Virus record (IMG/VR): IMGVR_UViG_3300028394_000035
DNA from: a virus
Direction: 5' to 3' (one strand)
DNA: 64,000 nucleotides
The notes beneath the pieces were generated by a model. It did no database searches. It was not told where the DNA came from and was given only the letters and a program-made list of their open reading frames with translations. The position numbers were made by a program, and so were the translations under genes. This document shows positions 56,302 through 64,000 of the stretch, piece by piece; position 1 is the stretch's first letter; the number at the start of each line of letters is the position of its first letter.

Positions 56302-56347
56302 ACTGGCACAAGGACCCCTTTACGGGGGTCTTTTTTTGTGCTATACT
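56291..56347 (+). promoter_or_regulatory. Early promoter element with GACCCC/GGGGTC hairpin and T run (terminator plus promoter)
   Basis: CCAGTT-ccta-AACTGGCACA 56291-56310; hairpin and T run; TG-c-TATACT (-10 at 56342-56347). Confidence 0.8.
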
Positions 56348-56372
56348 ACACTCATAACCACAAACATCCCTG

Positions 56373-56555
56373 ATGTCTGAACGATCCGAAATCTTAATGA
56401 AACAAGTCTGGGATGTAAATGCATCCACAGAAGAAGAACTGGTCTCATCGGTTCTTAAACTTGCGGTAGAACATATTCAATCATATAATGCCCAGAATGA
56501 TATGATTGTTTTGGATAAAAATGATCTCCTACAACTTGCAGAGGAACTCAAATGA
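56373..56555 (+). CDS. Hypothetical early protein
   Basis: First ORF after the promoter; ATGA coupling. Confidence 0.7.
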   Translation: MSERSEILMKQVWDVNASTEEELVSSVLKLAVEHIQSYNAQNDMIVLDKNDLLQLAEELK

Positions 56556-56767
56556 ACGGATGGAGTCTTCTACAAGAACAAATGGATGCCGAAAAGAAGC
56601 AAAAGAGGAATGATGCTCTGGGTATTATTATTGAGTCGGTATTACAACCAGACCATAAACTACGACAGTGTGCTCATAATCAAAAATGCTATAATGAGTT
56701 GATGGAATGGAGAGAAGAAGCATTAGTGTATCTCAATCAACGCCGAAAAGATGAGTTTGATGTATGA
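56552..56767 (+). CDS. Hypothetical protein
   Basis: ATGA-coupled on both sides. Confidence 0.7.
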   Translation: MNGWSLLQEQMDAEKKQKRNDALGIIIESVLQPDHKLRQCAHNQKCYNELMEWREEALVYLNQRRKDEFDV

Positions 56768-57084
56768 TTGACCCCAAAGATGATGCCCCTTGGTTGGATT
56801 GTATGGATGGTTTTGATGAAGAACAGATCAAAAAAGTATTGAAATCACAACGACAAGCACAAAAACTTCTTGATGCGGCACATCGTGTTGCTGATGGTGA
56901 AGTGCCTCTTGGGAAACTTATTCGTTTGGGACATAAAGACCCTATGAGTGTTCGTGTTCGTTATGAATATGGTGCAATTCTTCTGGCACTTGTAGAAGAA
57001 TGTGCTTATAAGAAGGATGAATTGTATTTGGTAAATGTTCGTGATATATTGGATATTATTGAGGTCTTGAATAATGGATGTTGA
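56764..57084 (+). CDS. Hypothetical protein
   Basis: Coupled ORF. Confidence 0.65.
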   Translation: MIDPKDDAPWLDCMDGFDEEQIKKVLKSQRQAQKLLDAAHRVADGEVPLGKLIRLGHKDPMSVRVRYEYGAILLALVEECAYKKDELYLVNVRDILDIIEVLNNGC

Positions 57085-57700
57085 TGAAGAAGTATTAAAA
57101 ATTGGAGAAAAGTTTATGGAAACACACGATAAGGCATTAAAACAACTTGCTGGGATTGAAAGACAGGAACTTGAGGATGGAAAAGTAATGAAGACAGCAG
57201 TTGGTTTAATTGGTAAGTATTCTGACCAACTCAAAGAACTTAATGAAACTGAAAAAGTGCAGTTACGAGCAGAACTAGAGACCAAGAAAAAGAAAAACTT
57301 CCAAGCAGTTGCTATTGCTTGTATGGCAGAATATAGCAGAGTATATGGTGAGATGCCAGAAGATGAGAGTTGGATGTTTATGGAAGCAGAATACTATGCG
57401 ACTGGTGAAGGTCAAACTGTTTGTCTACAAATGACACAGGCAGAACCGGGTCATAAGGATGATTTTGATGAAACACTACCATACCCAGACAACTATAAAA
57501 CACTCACAACTCAAGCATATCGTGCTGTAAGAGATTTTCACGAAAACTTTGGAACTTGGCATTTGCACTCATTGAGATTTCATACTCGTGAGGCATTCTT
57601 CACAAAATATGTTAATCAACTACCAGCATCATTAGTAAAACTCAAAGACCAACAATGTTTTCTTGAGTATCACTCTGAACTACATTATAACTTTGCATAA
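57074..57700 (+). CDS. Hypothetical protein
   Basis: 208-aa ORF overlapping the previous stop. Confidence 0.7.
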   Translation: MDVDEEVLKIGEKFMETHDKALKQLAGIERQELEDGKVMKTAVGLIGKYSDQLKELNETEKVQLRAELETKKKKNFQAVAIACMAEYSRVYGEMPEDESWMFMEAEYYATGEGQTVCLQMTQAEPGHKDDFDETLPYPDNYKTLTTQAYRAVRDFHENFGTWHLHSLRFHTREAFFTKYVNQLPASLVKLKDQQCFLEYHSELHYNFA

Positions 57701-57732
57701 AATACTTGTAATCTCAATAAACGACATTTATC

Positions 57733-57972
57733 ATGAAACCAACTAAATCTTGTAATACTTGTAAACACTATCGTAGAGATTGGTTATCTTTTATCTTTCG
57801 TCGTATTACGGGAGATAACTTTGATAGGTGTATGATACCAATACACTATAAATATCCTCCTACTGATGTTTCCTATCGTTTTTGTGCGATGGAAAGAGAC
57901 CCAAACTGGGAGTTTATGAAAAATCAAATAGATACCTGCGGTGTTGACGGTAGTCACTGGGAAGCAAAATGA
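57733..57972 (+). CDS. Small Cys-rich protein
   Basis: CNTCKH...C...FCAMER...CG..G.HW. Confidence 0.65.
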   Translation: MKPTKSCNTCKHYRRDWLSFIFRRITGDNFDRCMIPIHYKYPPTDVSYRFCAMERDPNWEFMKNQIDTCGVDGSHWEAK

Positions 57973-58295
57973 AAAGAACCTGTAGTTGTTGTAAGAAAGA
58001 ACAACCACTCAATAAGAAACACTTTCAAGTGGTAAAATCATTCAAGCAAGGTTACTCTTTCCTCTGTCTAGATTGTGACGAAAAGGCAAAGAAACCAAAA
58101 CCACGCAAGAAAGATGAGAAGTTTCTCAAAGAGAAACTAGAAGTCAAGATACAACACAGAGACCTTACAGAACTTGTAAGTATTCTTGGTTATTATAAAG
58201 GATTAGTGGAGAGTGATGAGCACGAAATATCGACAAACAATATTGACCGAATGTTAGAAAAAATCCATCACGAACTTGAGAAACACACAAAATGA
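57969..58295 (+). CDS. Putative zinc-finger protein
   Basis: CSCC...CLDC pair; ATGA coupling. Confidence 0.65.
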   Translation: MKRTCSCCKKEQPLNKKHFQVVKSFKQGYSFLCLDCDEKAKKPKPRKKDEKFLKEKLEVKIQHRDLTELVSILGYYKGLVESDEHEISTNNIDRMLEKIHHELEKHTK

Positions 58296-58618
58296 CTAAA
58301 CTACAAAGATTTCTTGAAGGTTTTTGGTGCATTTATAATGCAGTCTATTTTCGTTTTGATTTAGAAGATAATATTGATCGTTGTGCATTCTTCTATGAAC
58401 TCAATATTGGGTGGTATGATATGTACGACCCTGATTATCTTGATGATAGAGACCCCTGGAACTTAGGGGGGAGAGACCCTTACATCACTTATATGATGTC
58501 TAATCCAGAGAAGATTTATTTGCCAAAAAAAGATTATGATGCTATAATGAATGCACTTGATGAACCTCCAAAATACATCGAAGGACTTGCAAATCTTATG
58601 AAGAGGAAACTACCATGA
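58292..58618 (+). CDS. Hypothetical protein with a DUF1778/TacA-like C-terminus
   Basis: EKIYLPKKDYDAIMNALDEPPKYIEGLANLMKRKLP resembles the TacA C-terminal pattern, by eye only. Confidence 0.5.
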   Translation: MTKLQRFLEGFWCIYNAVYFRFDLEDNIDRCAFFYELNIGWYDMYDPDYLDDRDPWNLGGRDPYITYMMSNPEKIYLPKKDYDAIMNALDEPPKYIEGLANLMKRKLP

Positions 58619-58839
58619 CTGATTACGAATATCAAAAAACACTAGTGGTTGGTGCGATTATTGGTGCCTGTTTTACATTACTTGCTTTTTATATGCTAAA
58701 ACCATCTCCACAAAATCACACAGCCACACCAAAAACAAACTTTGCGGTGGTGGATACTTATAAAGACCGATGTGACATCGTTCAGTGGTCTGATAATCAA
58801 ATGGCAACTTATAAGTATTTTTTGGATTGCTCTAAATGA
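58615..58839 (+). CDS. Small membrane-anchored protein
   Basis: LVVGAIIGACFTLLAFYML hydrophobic segment. Confidence 0.65.
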   Translation: MTDYEYQKTLVVGAIIGACFTLLAFYMLKPSPQNHTATPKTNFAVVDTYKDRCDIVQWSDNQMATYKYFLDCSK

Positions 58840-59093
58840 AAAACTCTTTTATTATCTGTGCTCATAGGTATGACTTTGGGCACGATTGGTATGCGTCCAT
58901 TATAAACATAAGAAAGTGGAGTTTGTTTCAAGTTTCTATCAGTTGGAGTGATTACCCGTCTTGGCCTTATTTACAAATACGCAGTGGGACTGGAGATGTA
59001 TTGAGTATTTTATTCTGGGCACATAAGTTTGGGTTTGATTTCACTCTTATAAGTCGCACTTGGGATTGGAAACGTTATGATTACCTTAAATGA
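58836..59093 (+). CDS. Hypothetical aromatic-rich protein
   Basis: ATGA-coupled. Confidence 0.65.
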   Translation: MKNSFIICAHRYDFGHDWYASIINIRKWSLFQVSISWSDYPSWPYLQIRSGTGDVLSILFWAHKFGFDFTLISRTWDWKRYDYLK

Positions 59094-59260
59094 AATTTGA
59101 CATCACAACAGAAGATTATACAATCATTCTCAATGCTCTACACTATTATAAGAAGGTAGAAAAAATTGGAAACTTTGATCAATATACTGATGTAAAAGTA
59201 AATGCATTGAGAGATAAATTAGCACAACAAATGGTTTGGTATCAGGGATTTGTAGAATGA
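59090..59260 (+). CDS. 56-aa hypothetical protein (not in track)
   Basis: Hand translation begins MKFDITTEDYTIILNALHYYKK and ends GFVE; ATGA overlaps at both ends. Confidence 0.7.
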   Translation: MKFDITTEDYTIILNALHYYKKVEKIGNFDQYTDVKVNALRDKLAQQMVWYQGFVE

Positions 59261-59727
59261 AAAAAGATTGGGACTTTATATTTCAGGAACTACCAAATGA
59301 AGAACAAGATAAACTTGCTCTCTTGCGTCTCATAGAATGCTCAAATGGTTGTATCCAACATTCTTTTAGAAATGGAGATGTTGATGCACTATCTCCCGAA
59401 GAAACCAGAGTTGCCATGAAGTTCAGTATGGGATGTATGAAAACTCAAACTATTCCTCTGGGTGATGAGATTATTACATTTGCACCAGAAACCGCAGAGA
59501 TAATGAGAGAAGTGAGAGAACTTTACATATCTGGGTTCAAACAACAGAATGATGAGGACTATGAAGAGTTTATGAGAGCATCTGTAGCAAATCTAAATGC
59601 GATTGGTAAGGAACGCATTCTTGATGCCCGACAGATATTATTTTGTAGTTTATATGAAATACCAGTGCATTGTCTTGACTGGGGTATTCAATACATTTTT
59701 GGTTTGATGCACTGGGACCACTCCTAG
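59257..59727 (+). CDS. Hypothetical helical protein
   Basis: The ATG at 59257 overlapping the previous stop is preferred to the tracked start. Confidence 0.7.
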   Translation: MKKDWDFIFQELPNEEQDKLALLRLIECSNGCIQHSFRNGDVDALSPEETRVAMKFSMGCMKTQTIPLGDEIITFAPETAEIMREVRELYISGFKQQNDEDYEEFMRASVANLNAIGKERILDARQILFCSLYEIPVHCLDWGIQYIFGLMHWDHS

Positions 59728-59772
59728 AACTGGCACAACCATTTTCGTGACGTCACGAAAATGGTGTATAAT
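59716..59772 (+). promoter_or_regulatory. Early promoter element containing a perfect 28-bp palindrome
   Basis: CCACT..AACTGGCACA; ACCATTTTCGTGAC|GTCACGAAAATGGT 59738-59765; TATAAT 59767-59772. Confidence 0.8.
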
Positions 59773-59794
59773 GACTTCATACGAACAAAACGAA

Positions 59795-60403
59795 GTGACA
59801 GAAGTTCAAGCACATGGAAATGTTTTTGAAGATATTATAATTAGAGAGTTTACCGGTATGTCAAAAAACGAATATGACAAACTAAAACCAAATGGATACA
59901 CTTCGACATTTGATTTGGTGAAAGGTATTATTACGAAATTCAATTATAGTATCAAAACAACTGGTAAAATGACAGTAGAATGTGCTGATATACTTAAAAG
60001 AATGGAGGAGAAAGAGTATAAATTAATCGTTGGATGTTACAATCAAAAAGGTGAAAATAAAATTTTCCACACTCAATATGAATTTTTTATTACTTCTGAT
60101 GATGATACTAAACTTTGGGGAGACATGACTTATGAACAAATTGTGCAATTTGTTAATTTTGTAAGGGCAATTCCTCCCGGTAAAGAGGGACAAAAAAATA
60201 CTCTTAAAGAAAGAAATATTCTCAAAGAACAAATTCAATGTAAAAATTCACTAATGAAAATAAACCCAAAAGTTGATAGTAAAAATCAAAGAAGAGTTCA
60301 ATGTTCTTTTAAACTTAAAGAAATGCTATTAAGTGGTATACCCTATATAAAAAAAGATATTAATATTATTATTCAATCCAAAAAGAGAACATTTAACAAA
60401 TGA
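59795..60403 (+). CDS. Putative PD-(D/E)xK nuclease (restriction-endonuclease-like)
   Basis: HGNVFED...STFDL-x11-SIKTT pattern. In-frame GTG at 59795 chosen because the ATG at 59771 lies inside the -10 box. Confidence 0.5.
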   Translation: MTEVQAHGNVFEDIIIREFTGMSKNEYDKLKPNGYTSTFDLVKGIITKFNYSIKTTGKMTVECADILKRMEEKEYKLIVGCYNQKGENKIFHTQYEFFITSDDDTKLWGDMTYEQIVQFVNFVRAIPPGKEGQKNTLKERNILKEQIQCKNSLMKINPKVDSKNQRRVQCSFKLKEMLLSGIPYIKKDINIIIQSKKRTFNK

Positions 60404-60897
60404 GAGCATTCTGCCCACCAACAAATAGTCCAGAGAAAGATGTGGTAATGACGCCAGAATATCTGGCAAAAGAAATCATAGAACATTTTTCTCCATCAGG
60501 ATTGATATTGGATCCCTGTAGAGGTGAGGGAGCATTTTATGATAATTTTAATACCGAGACTAAAGACTGGTGTGAACTTGGTGAAGGTAAAGATTTTCTA
60601 ATATATAACCTAAAAGTAGATTGGATTATCACAAATCCACCGTGGTCTAAAATGCAGAAATTTCTTGAACATGGGATGAAAATATCTGATAATATTGTGT
60701 ATTTGACTACGATCAATCATTATACGACAAAAAAAAGAATACGTGATATGAGGGAGAATAACTTTGCGATTAAGGAGATTTATTGTGTTTCGACTCCAAC
60801 AAAACCATGGCCACAATTGGGATTTCAACTTGGAGCAATTCATACTCAACGAGGATATTCTGGAAATATAAAAATGTCTTACTCTCCAAAAATGTAA
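60400..60897 (+). CDS. N6-adenine (or N4-cytosine) DNA methyltransferase, minimal
   Basis: DVVMTP, ILDPCRGEGAF (motif I), DFL, IITNPPWS (motif IV). Confidence 0.85.
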   Translation: MRAFCPPTNSPEKDVVMTPEYLAKEIIEHFSPSGLILDPCRGEGAFYDNFNTETKDWCELGEGKDFLIYNLKVDWIITNPPWSKMQKFLEHGMKISDNIVYLTTINHYTTKKRIRDMRENNFAIKEIYCVSTPTKPWPQLGFQLGAIHTQRGYSGNIKMSYSPKM

Positions 60898-60903
60898 ATA
60901 CTG

Positions 60904-60912
60904 TGGTATAAT
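60904..60912 (+). promoter_or_regulatory. Extended -10 promoter TG-g-TATAAT lacking the upstream ACTGGCACA element
   Basis: Direct reading. Confidence 0.65.
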
Positions 60913-60918
60913 ACTCTT

Positions 60919-61002
60919 ATGAATATCAAACCACCTGTGGGACTTTATGGTTACTTTTATTGTAGTTTGGTTGTGTCTTTCTTCTATATCATTAGTGTTT
61001 AA
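60919..61002 (+). CDS. Possible 27-aa hydrophobic peptide
   Basis: Hand translation MNIKPPVGLYGYFYCSLVVSFFYIISV, immediately after the promoter; very short. Confidence 0.3.
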   Translation: MNIKPPVGLYGYFYCSLVVSFFYIISV

Positions 61003-61028
61003 CTATTTTATTAACTCTATAAACCCTC

Positions 61029-61862
61029 GTGATGATGATGAAAATCAAAGTAGTTAGTGATTTACATTTGGAGACTTGTGAGAACAATCAAGGAGTTCCT
61101 GACCTTGGGGAAGGTGAAGTTCTTATTCTTGGGGGAGACATTCTTTGTGCTCGTCACTTTAAGAAGGATGGTAATCTTAAGAAAGTTTATAATGATTTTC
61201 TAAAGAAGTGTGCCGATAACTTTGATTGGGTTCTGTATCTTGCAGGAAACCACGAGGCATATGGATATAACTACGAAGGAACTTGGGATGTTCTCAAAGA
61301 AAATCTTCCAGAGGGTATTCACCTGATGGAAAATAGTGTGGTAAAAATTCAAGACTGGGTATTTCTTGGAGCAACTCTATGGACTGATTTTCGTAATGAG
61401 AATGCTCTGGAGATGATGGAAGCTTCCCAATGTCTTAATGATTATAAGACCATTCGTATTGGTTCTAACTATCGTAAGTTAAATCCTGATGATACTCTCA
61501 AGTTTCATAAGAAATCTAAACAATTTCTTTTGGATACTCTACCTATGTTTAAAAATCAAAAGGTCTGGGTTCTTACTCATCACGCACCATCATATCAATC
61601 TGTACACCCAAAATACCGAAATTCTGGTATTGTGAATGGTGCTTATGTGAGTGACCTTGATGATTTGATTTTTGATAATCCGATTATAAAGTACTGGTCT
61701 CACGGACACACCCACGAAAGTATGGATTATATGATTGGTGGTTGTAGGGTTATATGTAATCCTCGTGGATATTTTCCAACGGAAGTTAATCCAGACTTCA
61801 ATCCAAATTTTGAGGTGGACACTTCCTGGCCTGGCACAGGGGAACCCCAAAACCCCCTGTGA
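61029..61862 (+). CDS. Calcineurin-like metallophosphoesterase
   Basis: SDLH, GGDI, AGNHE, LTHHAP, SHGHTH. The true start may be one of the ATGs at 61032-61038. Confidence 0.9.
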   Translation: MMMMKIKVVSDLHLETCENNQGVPDLGEGEVLILGGDILCARHFKKDGNLKKVYNDFLKKCADNFDWVLYLAGNHEAYGYNYEGTWDVLKENLPEGIHLMENSVVKIQDWVFLGATLWTDFRNENALEMMEASQCLNDYKTIRIGSNYRKLNPDDTLKFHKKSKQFLLDTLPMFKNQKVWVLTHHAPSYQSVHPKYRNSGIVNGAYVSDLDDLIFDNPIIKYWSHGHTHESMDYMIGGCRVICNPRGYFPTEVNPDFNPNFEVDTSWPGTGEPQNPL

Positions 61863-61873
61863 TGCCCTATAAT
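61817..61873 (+). promoter_or_regulatory. Early promoter element
   Basis: CCTGGCACA 61830-61838; TATAAT 61868-61873; 22 bp identical to the 63179 copy. Confidence 0.75.
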
Positions 61874-61896
61874 ACACTCATATACACAAGTTCCCA

Positions 61897-62076
61897 ATGA
61901 AACCCAAATTCCGTGTTATACTAGAACAAGCAATCAATGAAGGAGTTCTCAGAGGTTATCGTCGTGCCTTCAAGCATAATGAGGAACCAACTGAAGAAGT
62001 AATATGTGAGACTATTGAGGATTGTGTGATGTCTCAAATATACGAATACTTTACATTTTCTGATGAGGATTATTAA
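61897..62076 (+). CDS. 59-aa hypothetical protein (not in track)
   Basis: Hand translation begins MKPKFRVILEQAINEGVLRG and ends FSDEDY; TAATG coupling. Confidence 0.7.
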   Translation: MKPKFRVILEQAINEGVLRGYRRAFKHNEEPTEEVICETIEDCVMSQIYEYFTFSDEDY

Positions 62077-62366
62077 TGAGTTTTTCTAAAACTGTTTCTG
62101 TTGTTGCTGCATTAACCAGTATCTTTGCTGCTGGTGCTACTGGTTGGAAACTTGCGGATACTCAAAAAGAAGTTCCTTTAACTCCATTAGATCAAAAAGT
62201 AATGGAACTGGAAAAGAAACTTGAAGAAGTAACAGTAAAAGAACCCCAAGTTGTACCACCACAACCAGTAAATCTTCCAGCACCCATAGCTCAAACAGTA
62301 CCACAACCTGTGCTTCCTACTCCTCCTGTGCTTCCTCCTGTCACCGAACTTCCTATTAAACAATGA
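62076..62366 (+). CDS. Membrane-anchored coiled-coil/Pro-rich protein
   Basis: N-terminal hydrophobic segment; Pro-rich tail. Confidence 0.7.
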   Translation: MSFSKTVSVVAALTSIFAAGATGWKLADTQKEVPLTPLDQKVMELEKKLEEVTVKEPQVVPPQPVNLPAPIAQTVPQPVLPTPPVLPPVTELPIKQ

Positions 62367-62545
62367 TCTCTCTTCTTGCTACTATAATGCTTCAAGTTCC
62401 CACACAAAACTATGCAATACCCGAAAGTGTAGCACGATATTGTGCTAAAGTAGTCGGTATTCCTTATGCCTCTGATAATTTTAGTGATCGTGAATGGGAA
62501 CAATTCAAATCTTGCACTTATAAGGAAACAAGGAAAAAGAAATGA
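62363..62545 (+). CDS. Small hypothetical protein
   Basis: ATGA-coupled. Confidence 0.6.
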   Translation: MISLLATIMLQVPTQNYAIPESVARYCAKVVGIPYASDNFSDREWEQFKSCTYKETRKKK

Positions 62546-62721
62546 CTAACATTACTATTGAGGATTATACAGCAGAAGGACATTTGGTACACTACACCAT
62601 CAAAGTAGGTGACTGGGAATATGAGGACCACGCAACCACTCTTGAGGGTGCTTTCAAATGTATCACTCATAATTTGAAGTGGGATTATAGAGAGTATGAG
62701 AGGGATAATGAAAATGACTGA
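62542..62721 (+). CDS. 59-aa hypothetical protein (not in track)
   Basis: Hand translation begins MTNITIEDYTAEGHLVHYTIK and ends DNEND; ATGA overlap. Confidence 0.65.
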   Translation: MTNITIEDYTAEGHLVHYTIKVGDWEYEDHATTLEGAFKCITHNLKWDYREYERDNEND

Positions 62722-62881
62722 CGAACAAATTGAGTTGCTACGTTTGGCAGTTCAACAAGAAATAGAATACGCAAGTATTGATGGAATGGAACATGGTGCT
62801 TGGGGATGGGCAGAACAAGTAGCAGATGAAAAGTGGAAAGAATTTCAAGAGAGTTTTAGTAAGGAAGGAAATGAAACTTGA
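62714..62881 (+). CDS. Small acidic hypothetical protein
   Basis: In-frame ATG at 62714 of the tracked 62696..62881 ORF. Confidence 0.6.
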   Translation: MTDEQIELLRLAVQQEIEYASIDGMEHGAWGWAEQVADEKWKEFQESFSKEGNET

Positions 62882-63134
62882 ATTCAATTTTGTTCGACCT
62901 GGAATTTTCGATTTGCCTGAAATATCCCAATGGGGATTTGAGAAAGAAGATAGTATCGAAATTGAACCACACTGGACAATGGCACATTTAGCAGTGGAAA
63001 TGGATCTCTTTTCATCACTTTCTGTCGCAAGAAAAAACGGTTGGGATGGATCTATTCCAACAGGTTATACTGAAAGGAAAAGGATTGGAAAAATGAAAAA
63101 AGCACTCTTTATTCACAATGGAGTTTTTGAATAA
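62871..63134 (+). CDS. Hypothetical protein with an S4-like motif
   Basis: ATG at 62871 follows AAGGAAGG; contains MAHLAVEMDLFSSLSVARK. Confidence 0.55.
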   Translation: MKLEFNFVRPGIFDLPEISQWGFEKEDSIEIEPHWTMAHLAVEMDLFSSLSVARKNGWDGSIPTGYTERKRIGKMKKALFIHNGVFE

Positions 63135-63163
63135 ACAAAATATTTCTATGGTCCGCTTCTCAA

Positions 63164-63207
63164 ACTGGCACAGAGACACCCCAAAACCCCCTGTGATGCC
63201 TTATAAT
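63164..63207 (+). promoter_or_regulatory. Early promoter element
   Basis: ACTGGCACA 63164-63172; TATAAT 63202-63207. Confidence 0.75.
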
Positions 63208-63230
63208 ACTCTTATACACACAAAGACCTG

Positions 63231-63455
63231 ATGACACTTTCTATTGATGAACTCTTTGAGATTGTTACGGAAACCATTGCGGAACCTCACACTACAATCA
63301 CAGACCAACATAAAAACAGAGCAATTCGTGTGTTTATTGCATTTGAGGAATTCCTGTTAGATAATGTGCCCGAATATTGTGGTAACACAGCGTTGGGCGA
63401 GATTGACTTTGGTGGTTATGCTGCGGGTGTTTTAGATGAATTGGAGGGAAAATGA
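63231..63455 (+). CDS. Hypothetical early protein
   Basis: First ORF after the promoter. Confidence 0.7.
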   Translation: MTLSIDELFEIVTETIAEPHTTITDQHKNRAIRVFIAFEEFLLDNVPEYCGNTALGEIDFGGYAAGVLDELEGK

Positions 63456-63634
63456 AAATTGAAATCAACGACCTCCCTACAGACGGACAATATTATGCTA
63501 AAATTTTTGATGGACCAGATGGAATTGATGAGGCAGACTTCTTGTGTTCCTCACTTGGAGAATGTTTTGAGCAAATTATAATTTTTCGCACACTCAACGC
63601 ACAAAAGTATTATGGAGGAACTGAAAATGACTGA
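63452..63634 (+). CDS. Hypothetical protein
   Basis: ATGA coupling; GGAGG RBS. Confidence 0.65.
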   Translation: MKIEINDLPTDGQYYAKIFDGPDGIDEADFLCSSLGECFEQIIIFRTLNAQKYYGGTEND

Positions 63635-63824
63635 TATAGAAAAGTATAATCCCGACGAGTTTATTGTTAATGACATCAAAATGTTCCATTATGAAGTTAT
63701 GGATAAAAATCATATCTGGGCAGGATTTTCTTTGCAAAATGGTAGGATTGGGCACTTGAATATTTTCTCAAATGGTGGTAAACTTGAGTCTCGTTATGAG
63801 GAGTGGGACAAACTTGATGACTAA
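63612..63824 (+). CDS. Hypothetical protein
   Basis: ORF track; the true start is probably the ATG after GGAGG, about 63627. Confidence 0.6.
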   Translation: MEELKMTDIEKYNPDEFIVNDIKMFHYEVMDKNHIWAGFSLQNGRIGHLNIFSNGGKLESRYEEWDKLDD

Positions 63825-63999
63825 AGATACACATTCACAAAACTTAATAGACGATAATCTCAAATATACTTTGAGACCTAGAATAAAAGACAGAACCAAA
63901 GTCATTAGTGCTGCTCTTCAGTATGTTCTAAATAACGATCTAGTGAACAAAAGTTATCTGGAAAAAATAGTACAGGAACTTGAGGAAATGAGTGAATGA
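63817..63999 (+). CDS. Hypothetical protein
   Basis: 3' part of the tracked 63772..63999 ORF; an ATG overlapping the previous stop is the more plausible start. Confidence 0.5.
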   Translation: MTKDTHSQNLIDDNLKYTLRPRIKDRTKVISAALQYVLNNDLVNKSYLEKIVQELEEMSE

Positions 64000-64000
64000 T

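Noticed and set aside
59795-60403. Homing endonuclease or mobile intron
   Set aside because: No HNH, GIY-YIG or LAGLIDADG motif and no interrupted host gene.
2319-62503. Many 60-175 aa minus-strand and alternate-frame ORFs in the track (e.g. 8206..8730, 12354..12827, 12772..13068, 51618..51896)
   Set aside because: They lie wholly over long + strand genes or mirror their repeats, have no recognisable motifs, and the + strand genes already tile the window with ATGA/TAATG coupling.
62542-63634. HicB-like resemblance in 62542..62721 (ATTLEGAF) and 63452..63634 (SSLGECF)
   Set aside because: Only a few residues match; too weak without a profile search.

Overview
AT-rich segment of a T4-like cyanomyovirus (Kyanoviridae-like) genome; every credible gene is on the + strand. 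Lineage is inferred from gene content and promoter types, with no database search run. Positions 1-40.7 kb hold a late structural module: baseplate/tail proteins, several long tail fibres with tandem repeats, beta-helix proteins, a gp38-like glycine-rich adhesin and a LamG protein. Positions 40.7-51.9 kb hold a tightly packed array in which three paralogous 12-repeat Kelch-like propeller genes with Pro-rich hypervariable loops alternate with two glycosyltransferases, two 2OG-Fe(II) oxygenases and a sulfotransferase; this is the best candidate for an undescribed system. At 51.9-52.1 kb are two sigma70 promoters driving candidate structured small RNAs. Positions 52.2-64 kb are an early region: a VWA-peptidase/MoxR-AAA+ (CobT/CobS-like) pair, many small ORFs punctuated by a repeated CCAGT..ACTGGCACA promoter element, a putative nuclease plus adenine-MTase pair behind a perfect 28-bp palindrome, and a metallophosphoesterase. 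No tRNA, rRNA, CRISPR array, integrase or reverse transcriptase was recognised.
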